A stretch of DNA of 64,000 bases from Lutibacter sp. (GCA_032251275.1 JAVVEF010000001.1:46891-110890); one strand, 5' to 3'; positions 9,022-18,099 are shown, counted from the stretch's first letter. Notes: generated by a model not told the origin, from the sequence alone. Numbers and translations: made by a program.

Positions 9022-9057
9022 CAAAAAACAGCGAAATTTTTATTTCGCTGTTTTTTT
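9022..9057. terminator. Bidirectional intrinsic terminator
   Basis: CAAAAAACAGCGAAAT-TTTT-ATTTCGCTGTTTTTTT between convergent genes. Confidence 0.8.
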
Positions 9058-9079
9058 GTGAATAATTTCAATCACTGTT

Positions 9080-9721
9080 TTAAACCTCCAAAGATTCCAA
9101 TTCTTTATAGTTTCTGTTTAATTTTTTCAGCAAAATTCCGTAAATAATTCTGTAATAAGCCCATATAATTCCACACATCGCCAACAAAACAACGATTTGA
9201 ACCACAATCATAATGCCCAGAAATTTATCGCTGTCCAAAGTGGCGTTTTTCGGCATCATGTTTTCAATTAAAATATTGGGATGTGAAAACATAACAACAT
9301 TCAAAATAACCGACAATAAAATGTACAAAGCAATATTGTAATACACATAATAATTCACCGTTTTGCGGGTTTTTAAAATGTTTTTCATCAGTAAATTGGT
9401 GCTGTCAACTACCGAAATTGTCTTGTAATTTTTATAAAACAGGTAAATAAAAACAAACACCACAACATAATGCAAAATTTGCGCAATAAACAGAAATGTA
9501 TTTAAATTGAATTTTTCATAAATGGCAAAAGTGCTTTCAGGAATCAAAAGCGTTATCAATCCCCAAAACAAAAATTCTGCCACACAAATAATAAAAATCA
9601 ATTTCACAATCGATGAAGATTTTTTATGGATCAATTTATAAATTTCGTCATACGATAATTTCGGAAAATCAGCGCCTTGCTTTTTCCAATCCTTTTTTAA
9701 GAATTCTAGTTCATCCATCAT
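9080..9721 (-). CDS. Membrane protein, probable ECF anti-sigma partner
   Basis: MDELEFLKKDW N-terminus and four TM helices; begins immediately after the ECF sigma stop codon. Confidence 0.7.
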   Translation of the reverse strand: MMDELEFLKKDWKKQGADFPKLSYDEIYKLIHKKSSSIVKLIFIICVAEFLFWGLITLLIPESTFAIYEKFNLNTFLFIAQILHYVVVFVFIYLFYKNYKTISVVDSTNLLMKNILKTRKTVNYYVYYNIALYILLSVILNVVMFSHPNILIENMMPKNATLDSDKFLGIMIVVQIVVLLAMCGIIWAYYRIIYGILLKKLNRNYKELESLEV

Positions 9722-10216
9722 TTAAGGATTTAATATTGTTTTTAAACGCGTTTTAATTCTGTTCATCCGCACACGTGCGTTTACTTCCGAAATACCCATT
9801 GTTTCGGATATTTCCTTATAATTTACATCTTCCAGATACAAGAAAATCAACGCTTTGTCAATGTCGGACAATTGGTGAATTGCCTTATACATCAGCTTCA
9901 ATTGCTCTTCCTCCGTATCATCGTAACTTGTCGATTCAATCCGGTATAAAACCGAGTCAAAGTCCTGTGTCACAATGCTTCTTTTCGATTTCCGGTACAA
10001 AGTAATGGCCGTATTCAGCCCAATCCTGTACATCCAAGTGCTCAGTTTAGACTCGCCCCGAAACTTCGGATATGCTTTCCAAAGCTGAATCGCAATCTCC
10101 TGAAATAAATCATTGTGGGCGTCCTGGTTAGAAGTGTAAATTCTGCATACTTTATGAATGATATTTTGATTTTGCTCAAATTCAACAATAAATTTATGCT
10201 CAATTTCTTTATTCAC
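9722..10216 (-). CDS. ECF sigma-70 family RNA polymerase sigma factor
   Basis: Region 2 DLFQEIAIQLWKAY...STWMYRIGLNTAI; region 4 LYLEDVNYKEISETMGISEVNARVRMNR. Confidence 0.95.
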   Translation of the reverse strand: MNKEIEHKFIVEFEQNQNIIHKVCRIYTSNQDAHNDLFQEIAIQLWKAYPKFRGESKLSTWMYRIGLNTAITLYRKSKRSIVTQDFDSVLYRIESTSYDDTEEEQLKLMYKAIHQLSDIDKALIFLYLEDVNYKEISETMGISEVNARVRMNRIKTRLKTILNP

Positions 10217-10337
10217 AGGTTCTAACTATTTAGCAATTAATAAGTATGCGTTTCATATAATTTGTTACAAGATTACGCAACAAATAAAGAAGAAGCCAAT
10301 CAAAAGCAAATTATTTGGGCCTACCGACCTTTTCGGT

Positions 10338-10435
10338 GGGCGTTTCCCTGCGGGCAGGGCTTTCACTACTCGCTTTTTTTTGTTGCGAAAAGCAACAAAA
10401 AAAGAGCTCAAACAAGCCGTTCAATCCCTAACGCA
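10338..10435 (+). repeat. Dispersed ~95-120 bp palindromic repeat, copy 1
   Basis: GGGCGTTTCCC...T-run-hairpin-A-run...CAATCCCTAACGCA; related copies at 36398-36518 and 55890-55981. Confidence 0.8.
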
Positions 10436-10446
10436 AATTGAGTTAC

Positions 10447-10481
10447 GAATTTAGATTTTAGATTTACGAATCTTGAATTTT
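10447..10481. repeat. Degenerate 7-bp tandem repeat (GATTTTA/GATTTAC)
   Basis: GAATTTA GATTTTA GATTTAC GAATCTT GAATTTT; related array at 51881-51908. Confidence 0.6.
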
Positions 10482-10577
10482 GCTTTCAGATTTTAGTTTT
10501 AACTTTTAACTTCCGTTTTTGACCTTCAAAATTTTAACCGGCTGGCTTTTAATATTTAATATTAACTTTTTCACCTT

Positions 10578-11291
10578 TTAAATTCCCCCTTCGGGGGCTA
10601 GGGGGCCTTTAATTTCCGTAATATATTTTTCCAATTCCTTACCGTATTTAGAAGCTTTTACTTCTTTAGAAAGCGAATTGTTAATGGTGTCCAATAATCT
10701 GATATTGGCATCATACAATTCTGTTAAAGCCAGATAAGGCGCAACTTCTTGGCCTGCATTAACAACGGCAAAATTGGTGGTGTAATAATATTTTCGTTTA
10801 ATCAGGCTTGCCTCTTCCTGTTCAAGTTTTGCAGCCAAAGCAGTATCGTTAATTTTATAGGCATTGAACTTTTCAACAACCAGGTCCAATTTTTTGCCGT
10901 TAAATTTTTGCGCCATCGCTTTATGTTCCGCCAATAAATCCTGGTTAACCGATCCTGTTATTTTTGCAGATGTCGCAAATTTCTCCAATTTGGCATTTAC
11001 GGTTATTTCACCTTTTTCACCAAAAAACGAAATTCTTTCTCCCGCAATTTTATCCAACGCCAAAAAATAGATTTCCGGACTTTCAACATCATCGCTAAGC
11101 ACTATTTCGGTTTTACCGTCCAGTTGAATGGAATCCACAGAAATCAAAGCAGTATCTTTCACTTTTTGCAAATACAAAGTTCCCTTTTTTAAACCATCAA
11201 TGGTGACTTTCACAACCATGTTTCCTTGCTCGTTTTTATTACAGGAAACTAAAAGCGCCACAATAGCTATAAAGCCAAATATTTTTCTCAT
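10578..11291 (-). CDS. DUF4369-domain lipoprotein (TlpA/AhpC N-terminal-like, no thioredoxin domain)
   Basis: Lipobox LVSC, GLKKGTLYLQK, and S.VAPYLALTE...LDTINNSL...SKYGK. Confidence 0.8.
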   Translation of the reverse strand: MRKIFGFIAIVALLVSCNKNEQGNMVVKVTIDGLKKGTLYLQKVKDTALISVDSIQLDGKTEIVLSDDVESPEIYFLALDKIAGERISFFGEKGEITVNAKLEKFATSAKITGSVNQDLLAEHKAMAQKFNGKKLDLVVEKFNAYKINDTALAAKLEQEEASLIKRKYYYTTNFAVVNAGQEVAPYLALTELYDANIRLLDTINNSLSKEVKASKYGKELEKYITEIKGPLAPEGGI

Positions 11292-11319
11292 CTGTTTAAA
11301 TTTTATTTATAAAAGTAAA

Positions 11320-12621
11320 TTAGGGTGCAACAATACGCATTAATTCGGCCGTTAGCATAGCGCCGTAAGTGCCGACAACATAACCAAAAACAGCTAAAAT
11401 TACACCAACCGACGCTAATGAAGGATGAAATGCAGCGGCGACAACAGGCGCTGAAGCTGCACCTCCAACATTTGCCTGACTTCCAACGGCCAAGAAGAAG
11501 TAAGGAGCACGAATTAGTTTGGCTACAATAATTAGCAAAGCCGCATGAATGGTCATCCAAATAATTCCAATTAAAATCAATCCCGGATTATCTAAAATCA
11601 TCGTCAAATCCATTTTCATTCCAATGGTTGCCACTAAAATGTATATAAATACACTTCCAACTTTACTGGCTCCTGCGCCTTCGTAAGTTTTAAACCTTGT
11701 AAATGACAAAATAATTCCTAAAATAGTTGCAATACTAATCATCCAAAAGAATTGTGATCCGAAAGATGATAATGAAGAGCGTTTATCGCTTACGGATGGA
11801 ACATTTTCTATTAAAAATGCAGAAATGGCATCTGCGCCGAAATGAGAAATTCCAACTATTGTAAACGCAATGGAGAGTATGACAATTAAATCGGATAGCG
11901 AAGGGTTTCTTGATATTTTTGAGCTGAATGTTGATACTTTTTCTTTTAATGCCGAAATTGCTGAAGTATCTGATTTCAGCCATTTGTCTATTTTTTCTGA
12001 TTTTCCGATACCTATTAATATAATCGCCATCCAAATGTTTGCGACAACAATGTCAACCAAAACCATTCCGCCGTACAATTTCGGATTGTATCCGTAAATT
12101 TCAAGCATCGCCGCCTGGTTGGCACCACCGCCAATCCAGCTTCCCGCCAACGTTGCCAGTCCGCGCCAAACTGCATCCGGCCCAACGCCTCCCATCGTTT
12201 CGGGAGAAATCACAGAAATTATTAATATGGCAATTGGGCCACCAATTATAATGCCGACAGTTCCTGTTAAAAACATAATTAATGCTTTTGGCCCCAAATT
12301 AAGCACTGCTTTTATGTCAATGCTTAAGGTCAATAATACCAAAGAAGCCGGTAGCAGAAATCTGCTTGCCACATAATATAATTGGGATTCGTGTTTAACA
12401 AGCTCTCCGGCCTCATTTATTGAAGTCCATTCCGGCGCAATAACGCCAAATGAGGTAAAAATAGCCGGTAACATATAAGCCATCAATAATGCGGGTATAA
12501 TTTTATAAAACTTTTGCCAAACTTTATTTTCACTGGAGGATGTGTAAAAAACGAATCCGAGCGTCAGCATTAATATTCCGAAGGCAATGGTGTCTTGTGT
12601 AATAATTGGCGTTGTATCCAT
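11320..12621 (-). CDS. DUF819-family membrane protein
   Basis: About 10 TM helices; GSWIGGGAN and GSQANVGGAASAPVVA motifs. Confidence 0.88.
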   Translation of the reverse strand: MDTTPIITQDTIAFGILMLTLGFVFYTSSSENKVWQKFYKIIPALLMAYMLPAIFTSFGVIAPEWTSINEAGELVKHESQLYYVASRFLLPASLVLLTLSIDIKAVLNLGPKALIMFLTGTVGIIIGGPIAILIISVISPETMGGVGPDAVWRGLATLAGSWIGGGANQAAMLEIYGYNPKLYGGMVLVDIVVANIWMAIILIGIGKSEKIDKWLKSDTSAISALKEKVSTFSSKISRNPSLSDLIVILSIAFTIVGISHFGADAISAFLIENVPSVSDKRSSLSSFGSQFFWMISIATILGIILSFTRFKTYEGAGASKVGSVFIYILVATIGMKMDLTMILDNPGLILIGIIWMTIHAALLIIVAKLIRAPYFFLAVGSQANVGGAASAPVVAAAFHPSLASVGVILAVFGYVVGTYGAMLTAELMRIVAP

Positions 12622-12660
12622 GTTTTTTTTTGAATTTTGGCTAAAATACTATTTTTTTAT

Positions 12661-12821
12661 TGAACTCATCTTGACTTATTTGATTGAAGCGAAAATTAGC
12701 TATTTTGAGTTTGATTGAAGTTTTTTTAAGTTGCATAGCACCGCTACGGAAGGAAAAAAAGACAAAAAGCAGGCTCAAAAGAGCAGTTTTTTAGCCAATT
12801 GAAAAAATTAAGATGAGTTCA
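12661..12821. mobile_element. MITE-like non-coding element with terminal inverted repeats
   Basis: Perfect 12-bp TIR TGAACTCATCTT (12661-12672) / AAGATGAGTTCA (12810-12821); imperfect complementarity extends about 50 bp inward; no ORF. Confidence 0.6.
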
Positions 12822-12883
12822 TTGAATATCAGACTAAAAAAAGTGTTTATGGTTGTGTATATTTGTGGAATAAACAGATACAA

Positions 12884-15088
12884 ATGAAATATATAAAACT
12901 TTATTTTTTAGTCGCCTTATTGGCAATTTCCTGCAAGCCGATTCAGGAAACAGCTTCAACTTCAGCAAAAAGTACCGCTGTTACTAAACAAGATGTTAGA
13001 GAAATACAAGGTGGGATGTGGATTCCTTCTTTATTGGAAGGGATGAATGAACGCGAAATGCAATTGTTGGGCAGCAAAATGACCGCAAAAGACATTTATG
13101 ATGTTAACAATTCAAGTTTAAAAGATGCCATCGTGCATTTTAACGGTGGCTGTACTTCAGAAATTATTTCACCAAACGGTTTGCTTTTGACAAACCATCA
13201 TTGCGGTTATGGCGCCATACAATCACACTCAACTGTGGAAAACGACTATTTGAAAGACGGTTTTTGGGCGATGAATTATGATCAGGAATTGCCAAATCCA
13301 AGCATGAGTGTCACTTTTATCAAAAGAATTGACGATGTCACTTCTGATGTTTTTCAAGGCGTAACAGCCAATATGGATGAAGCTTCAAAATTGAAAATCA
13401 TCAACCAAAATATTGAAAAAGTAGCAAAAGCTGCCCAAAAAGAGGGCTGGCAAAAAGCGAATATCAAATCAATTTACCACGGCAATCAATATTTGTTGTT
13501 TGTAACCGAAACGTTTAACGATCTGCGTTTGGTTGGCGCACCGCCTTCATCCATAGGAAAATATGGGGCAGATACCGACAATTGGATGTGGCCACGCCAT
13601 ACAGGAGATTTTTCTATGTTCCGTATTTATGCCGATGCAAATAACCGTCCAGCAAGTTATTCAAAAGACAATGTGCCCTACAAACCTAACCATTATTTGC
13701 CAATATCATTAGATGGTGTGGAAGAAGGCGATTTCACCTTGGTATTCGGATTTCCGGGACGCACCAATGAATATTTGCCGGCCGTTGGCGTAGCCCAAAT
13801 TGTGAACGTGTTGAATCCGGCAAAAATTGAAATTCGTGACAATGCCTTAAAAATAACGGATTCATTTATGAGAAAGGATGCAGATATCAAGATAAAATAT
13901 GCTTCAAAATATGCTTCCACCGCAAATTATTGGAAAAAATGGATAGGGGAAAATCAGGGAATTCAAAAATCAAATGCGATTGAAAAGAAACGCAATTTGG
14001 AAAAAGAATTTTCTAAAATAGTCAATGAAAAAGATTTGGTTGGTTATAAAACTTTGTTGTCGGATTTTGAAAAATTATATGCAGAAATAGAAAGTGTTTC
14101 TTTGGCGCGCGAATACTGGATGGAAGTTGCCTACAGAAATGTGGAGTTGTTAGGAATTACTTTTAGGGCCTATCAAATTGAACAAGCGTATTTAAAAGGC
14201 GGCGAACCCGCTTTTAACAAAGCAAAAGAAACTGCCATGAAAACTTTAAATGGAATCTATAAAAATTATAGCACCACAGTTGACAAGCCCGTTTTTGAAA
14301 AATTGGTTGCTTTATATGCTGAAAAATCACCCAAAGAATATTTGCCTGCCAATATGGTTAATGCTGATTTTAAATCAATTACAAATGATATTTATGTCAA
14401 CTCAAAACTAACAACTATGGAAGGTACTGAAAAATTACTTTCCGGAACTCCTGAAGAAGTGATCAAAAAGTTGAATGAAGACAAGGCTTATGCATTTGGA
14501 AAAGAATTGCACACTATTTTTTACACCAAATTGGAACCGAAATTTCAAGAATTAAATGTGCAAATTGAAGCGGTGCAAAAAGAATATATGAAAGCGTTGA
14601 TGGAAGTTTTTCCAAACAACCGATTTTTCCCTGATGCAAACAGCACACTTCGGGTAACTTACGGGCAGGTGAGTGGTTACGAGCCAAGAGATGGGGTTTA
14701 TTATAATACAACCACTTATTTAGAAGGTGTTATGGAAAAATATGTTCCGGGAGATTATGAGTTTGATGTACCGCAAAAATTATTGGATTTATACAAAACC
14801 AAAGATTACGGACAATATGGTGAAAACGGAAAAATGCCTGTTAACTTTATTGGCACAAACCACACAACCGGAGGAAATTCTGGAAGTCCGGCCATTGACG
14901 CCCACGGAAATTTAATCGGATTGAACTTCGACAGGGTTTGGGAAGGAACGATGAGCGATATGAATTACGATCCGGATATTTGCAGAAATATTATGGTTGA
15001 TATTCGTTATGTGCTGTTTATCATCGATAAATATGCCGGCGCTAAAAATTTAATTGATGAAATGACTTTAGTGCATCCAAAGAAATAA
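12884..15088 (+). CDS. dpp11: S46-family dipeptidyl peptidase, DPP11 (Asp/Glu-specific) type
   Basis: GGMWIP, TNHHCG, NWMWPRHTGDFS and catalytic TGGNSGSP; S1-pocket motif LNFDRVWE (Arg); start placed after TATATTTG at 12858-12865. Confidence 0.88.
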   Translation: MKYIKLYFLVALLAISCKPIQETASTSAKSTAVTKQDVREIQGGMWIPSLLEGMNEREMQLLGSKMTAKDIYDVNNSSLKDAIVHFNGGCTSEIISPNGLLLTNHHCGYGAIQSHSTVENDYLKDGFWAMNYDQELPNPSMSVTFIKRIDDVTSDVFQGVTANMDEASKLKIINQNIEKVAKAAQKEGWQKANIKSIYHGNQYLLFVTETFNDLRLVGAPPSSIGKYGADTDNWMWPRHTGDFSMFRIYADANNRPASYSKDNVPYKPNHYLPISLDGVEEGDFTLVFGFPGRTNEYLPAVGVAQIVNVLNPAKIEIRDNALKITDSFMRKDADIKIKYASKYASTANYWKKWIGENQGIQKSNAIEKKRNLEKEFSKIVNEKDLVGYKTLLSDFEKLYAEIESVSLAREYWMEVAYRNVELLGITFRAYQIEQAYLKGGEPAFNKAKETAMKTLNGIYKNYSTTVDKPVFEKLVALYAEKSPKEYLPANMVNADFKSITNDIYVNSKLTTMEGTEKLLSGTPEEVIKKLNEDKAYAFGKELHTIFYTKLEPKFQELNVQIEAVQKEYMKALMEVFPNNRFFPDANSTLRVTYGQVSGYEPRDGVYYNTTTYLEGVMEKYVPGDYEFDVPQKLLDLYKTKDYGQYGENGKMPVNFIGTNHTTGGNSGSPAIDAHGNLIGLNFDRVWEGTMSDMNYDPDICRNIMVDIRYVLFIIDKYAGAKNLIDEMTLVHPKK

Positions 15089-15105
15089 TAAGATTCAATA
15101 AACAC

Positions 15106-15139
15106 AAAAAAACTCCAAATGCAAATTTGGAGTTTTTTT
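15106..15139. terminator. Bidirectional intrinsic terminator
   Basis: AAAAAAACTCCAAAT-GCAA-ATTTGGAGTTTTTTT. Confidence 0.85.
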
Positions 15140-15156
15140 ACGATATAAATTATTTC

Positions 15157-15321
15157 TTACTCGGGATTCGATTTTTTAGGCAAGCGCTTTGCGTCTTTCA
15201 GGCTTTTGTTGAGCATCCATTCCAATTGCCCGTTTGTGGAACGAAACTCATCAGCAGCCCATTTTTCTATTGCTTTAAGCAGTTCTTCGTCTATCCGTAA
15301 TGCAAATGCTTTCTTCGACAT
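15157..15321 (-). CDS. Arc/ribbon-helix-helix small DNA-binding protein (54 aa)
   Basis: Not in the ORF track. Hand translation MSKKAFALRIDEELLKAIEKWAADEFRSTNGQLEWMLNKSLKDAKRLPKKSNPE; F.LR strand plus WA.DE.RS.NGQ. Confidence 0.88.
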   Translation of the reverse strand: MSKKAFALRIDEELLKAIEKWAADEFRSTNGQLEWMLNKSLKDAKRLPKKSNPE

Positions 15322-15341
15322 ATTTAATTTCTTTTGTGAAT

Positions 15342-15854
15342 TTAAGAATTCATCTTTCCAATTTTGTCCTGATAGGTGTCAATCGTTCTTTGAATTTCTT
15401 CTTTCTTTTGTGTTCCAATTAAAAGGTGTTTCCCATTTGTCAATAACAATTGAAGTCCGATATTTCCTTTTACCGTAAATGATTTTCCTCGGTTTTTTCT
15501 AAAACTGAATTTCAAGCCCCAGCCGCCATATTCAAAAATGGCGTTATAATTTCGAACGTAACTTTTGTCAATCTCATCCCAAGGTATAAACCGATAGGAA
15601 AAATGAAATGGCAAATACTGATAATAAACACCTTTTTCGTCTATTCTTGTTTTCAGCTTAAAATAATTAAAAAGCGCAAAGATGAATATAATGACCAGAA
15701 ACCCTCCTAAATTATTTAGTATTTCCCCAATATTACCTTGTGAAATAGTGTCCCAATCTTTAACTATCGGAATTGCTGCCACAACAAAAACAATGGCCAA
15801 GCTAATAAATAACCAGATTTGCGTAAACTTTTGTTCTTCAATAAATATTCTCAT
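15342..15854 (-). CDS. Membrane protein with PH-like C-terminus
   Basis: EEQKFTQ.W, two TM helices, and EYGGWG...G..GLQL..TNGK.LLIGTQK. Confidence 0.7.
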   Translation of the reverse strand: MRIFIEEQKFTQIWLFISLAIVFVVAAIPIVKDWDTISQGNIGEILNNLGGFLVIIFIFALFNYFKLKTRIDEKGVYYQYLPFHFSYRFIPWDEIDKSYVRNYNAIFEYGGWGLKFSFRKNRGKSFTVKGNIGLQLLLTNGKHLLIGTQKKEEIQRTIDTYQDKIGKMNS

Positions 15855-15918
15855 TTTTGGCGTCTTTATTTGACTTTTTTTGAAATGGGAAATTGCTGTT
15901 TTTCACAATAAATGGTCA

Positions 15919-16086
15919 TTAATATTTATTTTTATCCCGTTCAAAAATCACTTTTGAAAAATCACCATGTCCGTTGCTAATAGCGCAGACCACTTCCCAG
16001 CCTTCCCTTGCATATTGATTCAGACTATCTTCAAAATAGGGGTCTTTTTTCCAAAAACCTTTTGATAAAATTTTATACTCCTTCAT
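15919..16086 (-). CDS. DUF4177-like small protein (55 aa)
   Basis: MKEYK...EDSLNQYAREGWEVV...IFER; the upstream extension in the ORF track overlaps the SPFH gene and is rejected. Confidence 0.75.
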   Translation of the reverse strand: MKEYKILSKGFWKKDPYFEDSLNQYAREGWEVVCAISNGHGDFSKVIFERDKNKY

Positions 16087-16172
16087 GATTGTAAAATTAA
16101 TTGTTAAAAAATCATTTTTGAAACTACCATATAAATAATGAGGGTAACGTAAACCAAAATTGTGATCATAGA

Positions 16173-17030
16173 TTAGTGGTTTAAAGTTCCTGTGTTTACA
16201 ATTGGCGTCGCATCTTTGTCTGAACAAAGAACCACCATTAAATTACTTACCATCGCTGCTTTTCGTTCTTCATCCAAGTCCACAATATTATTTTTGCTTA
16301 ATTTTAAAATCGCCATTTCTACCATACTTACAGCGCCTTCCACAATTTTGTGTCGTGCGGCAATAATTGCCGTTGCTTGTTGGCGTTTTAACATGGCGCT
16401 TGCAATTTCCTGTGCGTATGCCAAATAACCGATACGTGCTTCCAAAACTTCAATGCCGGCCATATTAAGTCGTTCAGCAAGTTCTTTTTCTAAAGCAATG
16501 CTCACTTCATTTACACTTGCTCTCAAAGTAATTTCTTCATCTTTATCGTCATCTTCAAAATTGTCGTAAGGATATAAACTCGCCAATTTACGAACAGCGG
16601 CATCCGATTGTACGCGCACAAAATTTTCGTAATTGTCCACATCAAAAGCGGCTTTGTAGGTGTCTTTTACTTTCCAAACCAAAATAGTGCTGATCATAAT
16701 CGGGTTTCCCAATTTGTCGTTTACTTTTACGCGCTCGCTGTCGAAATTGCAGGCCCTTAATGAAATTCCTTTTTTCAGATACAAAGGATTTCCCCAATAA
16801 AATCCGTTTTCTTTTACCGTTCCGATGTATTTCCCAAAAAGCAAAATTACTTTTGAGGTGTTTGGATTTACCAAAAAGAAACCGGGAAGAATAATAATTG
16901 CCAAAAAGATAGCGATGGCGAACCAGTCAGAAATATTGGCAAGACCGTAAATTCCGGAGATGGCTAAAGCGAAAAAGAGGAAGAGCATCAAATAGCCACT
17001 CGATAATTTAATAAGTTTTTCTTGTGTCAT
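16173..17030 (-). CDS. SPFH/band-7 domain membrane protein
   Basis: Two N-terminal TM helices, KVNDKLGNPI.I, ARIGYLAYAQEIASAMLKRQQA and KAAMVSNLMVVLC. Confidence 0.92.
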   Translation of the reverse strand: MTQEKLIKLSSGYLMLFLFFALAISGIYGLANISDWFAIAIFLAIIILPGFFLVNPNTSKVILLFGKYIGTVKENGFYWGNPLYLKKGISLRACNFDSERVKVNDKLGNPIMISTILVWKVKDTYKAAFDVDNYENFVRVQSDAAVRKLASLYPYDNFEDDDKDEEITLRASVNEVSIALEKELAERLNMAGIEVLEARIGYLAYAQEIASAMLKRQQATAIIAARHKIVEGAVSMVEMAILKLSKNNIVDLDEERKAAMVSNLMVVLCSDKDATPIVNTGTLNH

Positions 17031-17141
17031 GATTGTTGTTTTAGTTGATATTAATATGATATCATAAAGATATAAAATAATTTTTAATGATTCCAAAATT
17101 TTTACCCATTTATTTTTTATCTTAGCCAAAAAACAAACAAG

Positions 17142-17936
17142 ATGAAAACCTTCAAATTAAGCTATATTTTAACTGTATTTTTACTGATAAGTTCACAATT
17201 ATTTGCAAATGATGGCAACCCGGATTGGGGAAAAACTGGTCACAGAACCATTGGCGAGATTGCGAATGATTATACAAAATCCAAAACAAAACGCAAAATT
17301 GCAGAAATTTTGGACGGACAAAGTTTGGCCTTGGTTTCCACTTTTGGGGACGACATAAAATCGGACAAGCGTTACAGAAATTTCAATACGATGCATTATG
17401 TGAATATGCCTTTTGGCGTAAAATATGAAGATTCTGAAAAAAATCCAGAAGGCGATATGGTCACAGGAATTGAAAAATGCAAAGCTATTATTTTAGACAA
17501 AAATTCCACAAAAGAAGACAAAGCCTTTTATTTGAAATTATTGGTTCATTTTATGGGCGACTTACATCAGCCGATGCACGTTGGAAGAGCAGAAGATAAA
17601 GGCGGAAACGACATTCAGGTTCAGTGGTTTGGCAACGGAACCAACTTACACTCAGTTTGGGATTCAAAAATGATTGACGGTTTTGAAATGACTTATACCG
17701 AACTTACCGACAATGCCGATAAAATTTCTAAAGAGCAAGTGAAGTTTTTACAAAAAGGCAATATCGTTGATTGGGTGAATGAAACGCAAACATTCGCGGT
17801 GAAAGCATATGCTTCCGTTACGGTTGGCGAAAAATTAAGCTATAAATATTCTTATGAAAATTTTGAAACTGTTCGTTCGCAGCTTCAAAAAGGAGGAATT
17901 CGTTTGGCAAAAGTGCTGAATGATTTGTTTAAATAA
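17142..17936 (+). CDS. S1/P1 nuclease
   Basis: Signal peptide; WGKTGHR, HFMGDLHQPMHVG and NLHSVWDS zinc ligands; GGIRLA. Confidence 0.95.
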   Translation: MKTFKLSYILTVFLLISSQLFANDGNPDWGKTGHRTIGEIANDYTKSKTKRKIAEILDGQSLALVSTFGDDIKSDKRYRNFNTMHYVNMPFGVKYEDSEKNPEGDMVTGIEKCKAIILDKNSTKEDKAFYLKLLVHFMGDLHQPMHVGRAEDKGGNDIQVQWFGNGTNLHSVWDSKMIDGFEMTYTELTDNADKISKEQVKFLQKGNIVDWVNETQTFAVKAYASVTVGEKLSYKYSYENFETVRSQLQKGGIRLAKVLNDLFK

Positions 17937-17939
17937 GAT

Positions 17940-18098
17940 TCCTATCCCCAACCTTTTCTATCCCGATTGCTATCGGGAGAAAGAAAGTTTGATATGTTAT
18001 ATTATTACATATTTATTCAGATTTCAACTTCTGACTGCGGTCTTCCGGTCTTCGGACTTAAACATTTAACATATAACTTGCCTGTCTACCGGCAGGCA
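17940..18098. repeat. Cluster of REP-like palindromes and a heptamer array between convergent genes
   Basis: TCCCGA-TTGCTA-TCGGGA (17961-17978), TGCCTGTC-TACC-GGCAGGCA (18079-18098), and CTTCGGT-type array (18028-18059). Confidence 0.65.
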
Positions 18099-18099
18099 T

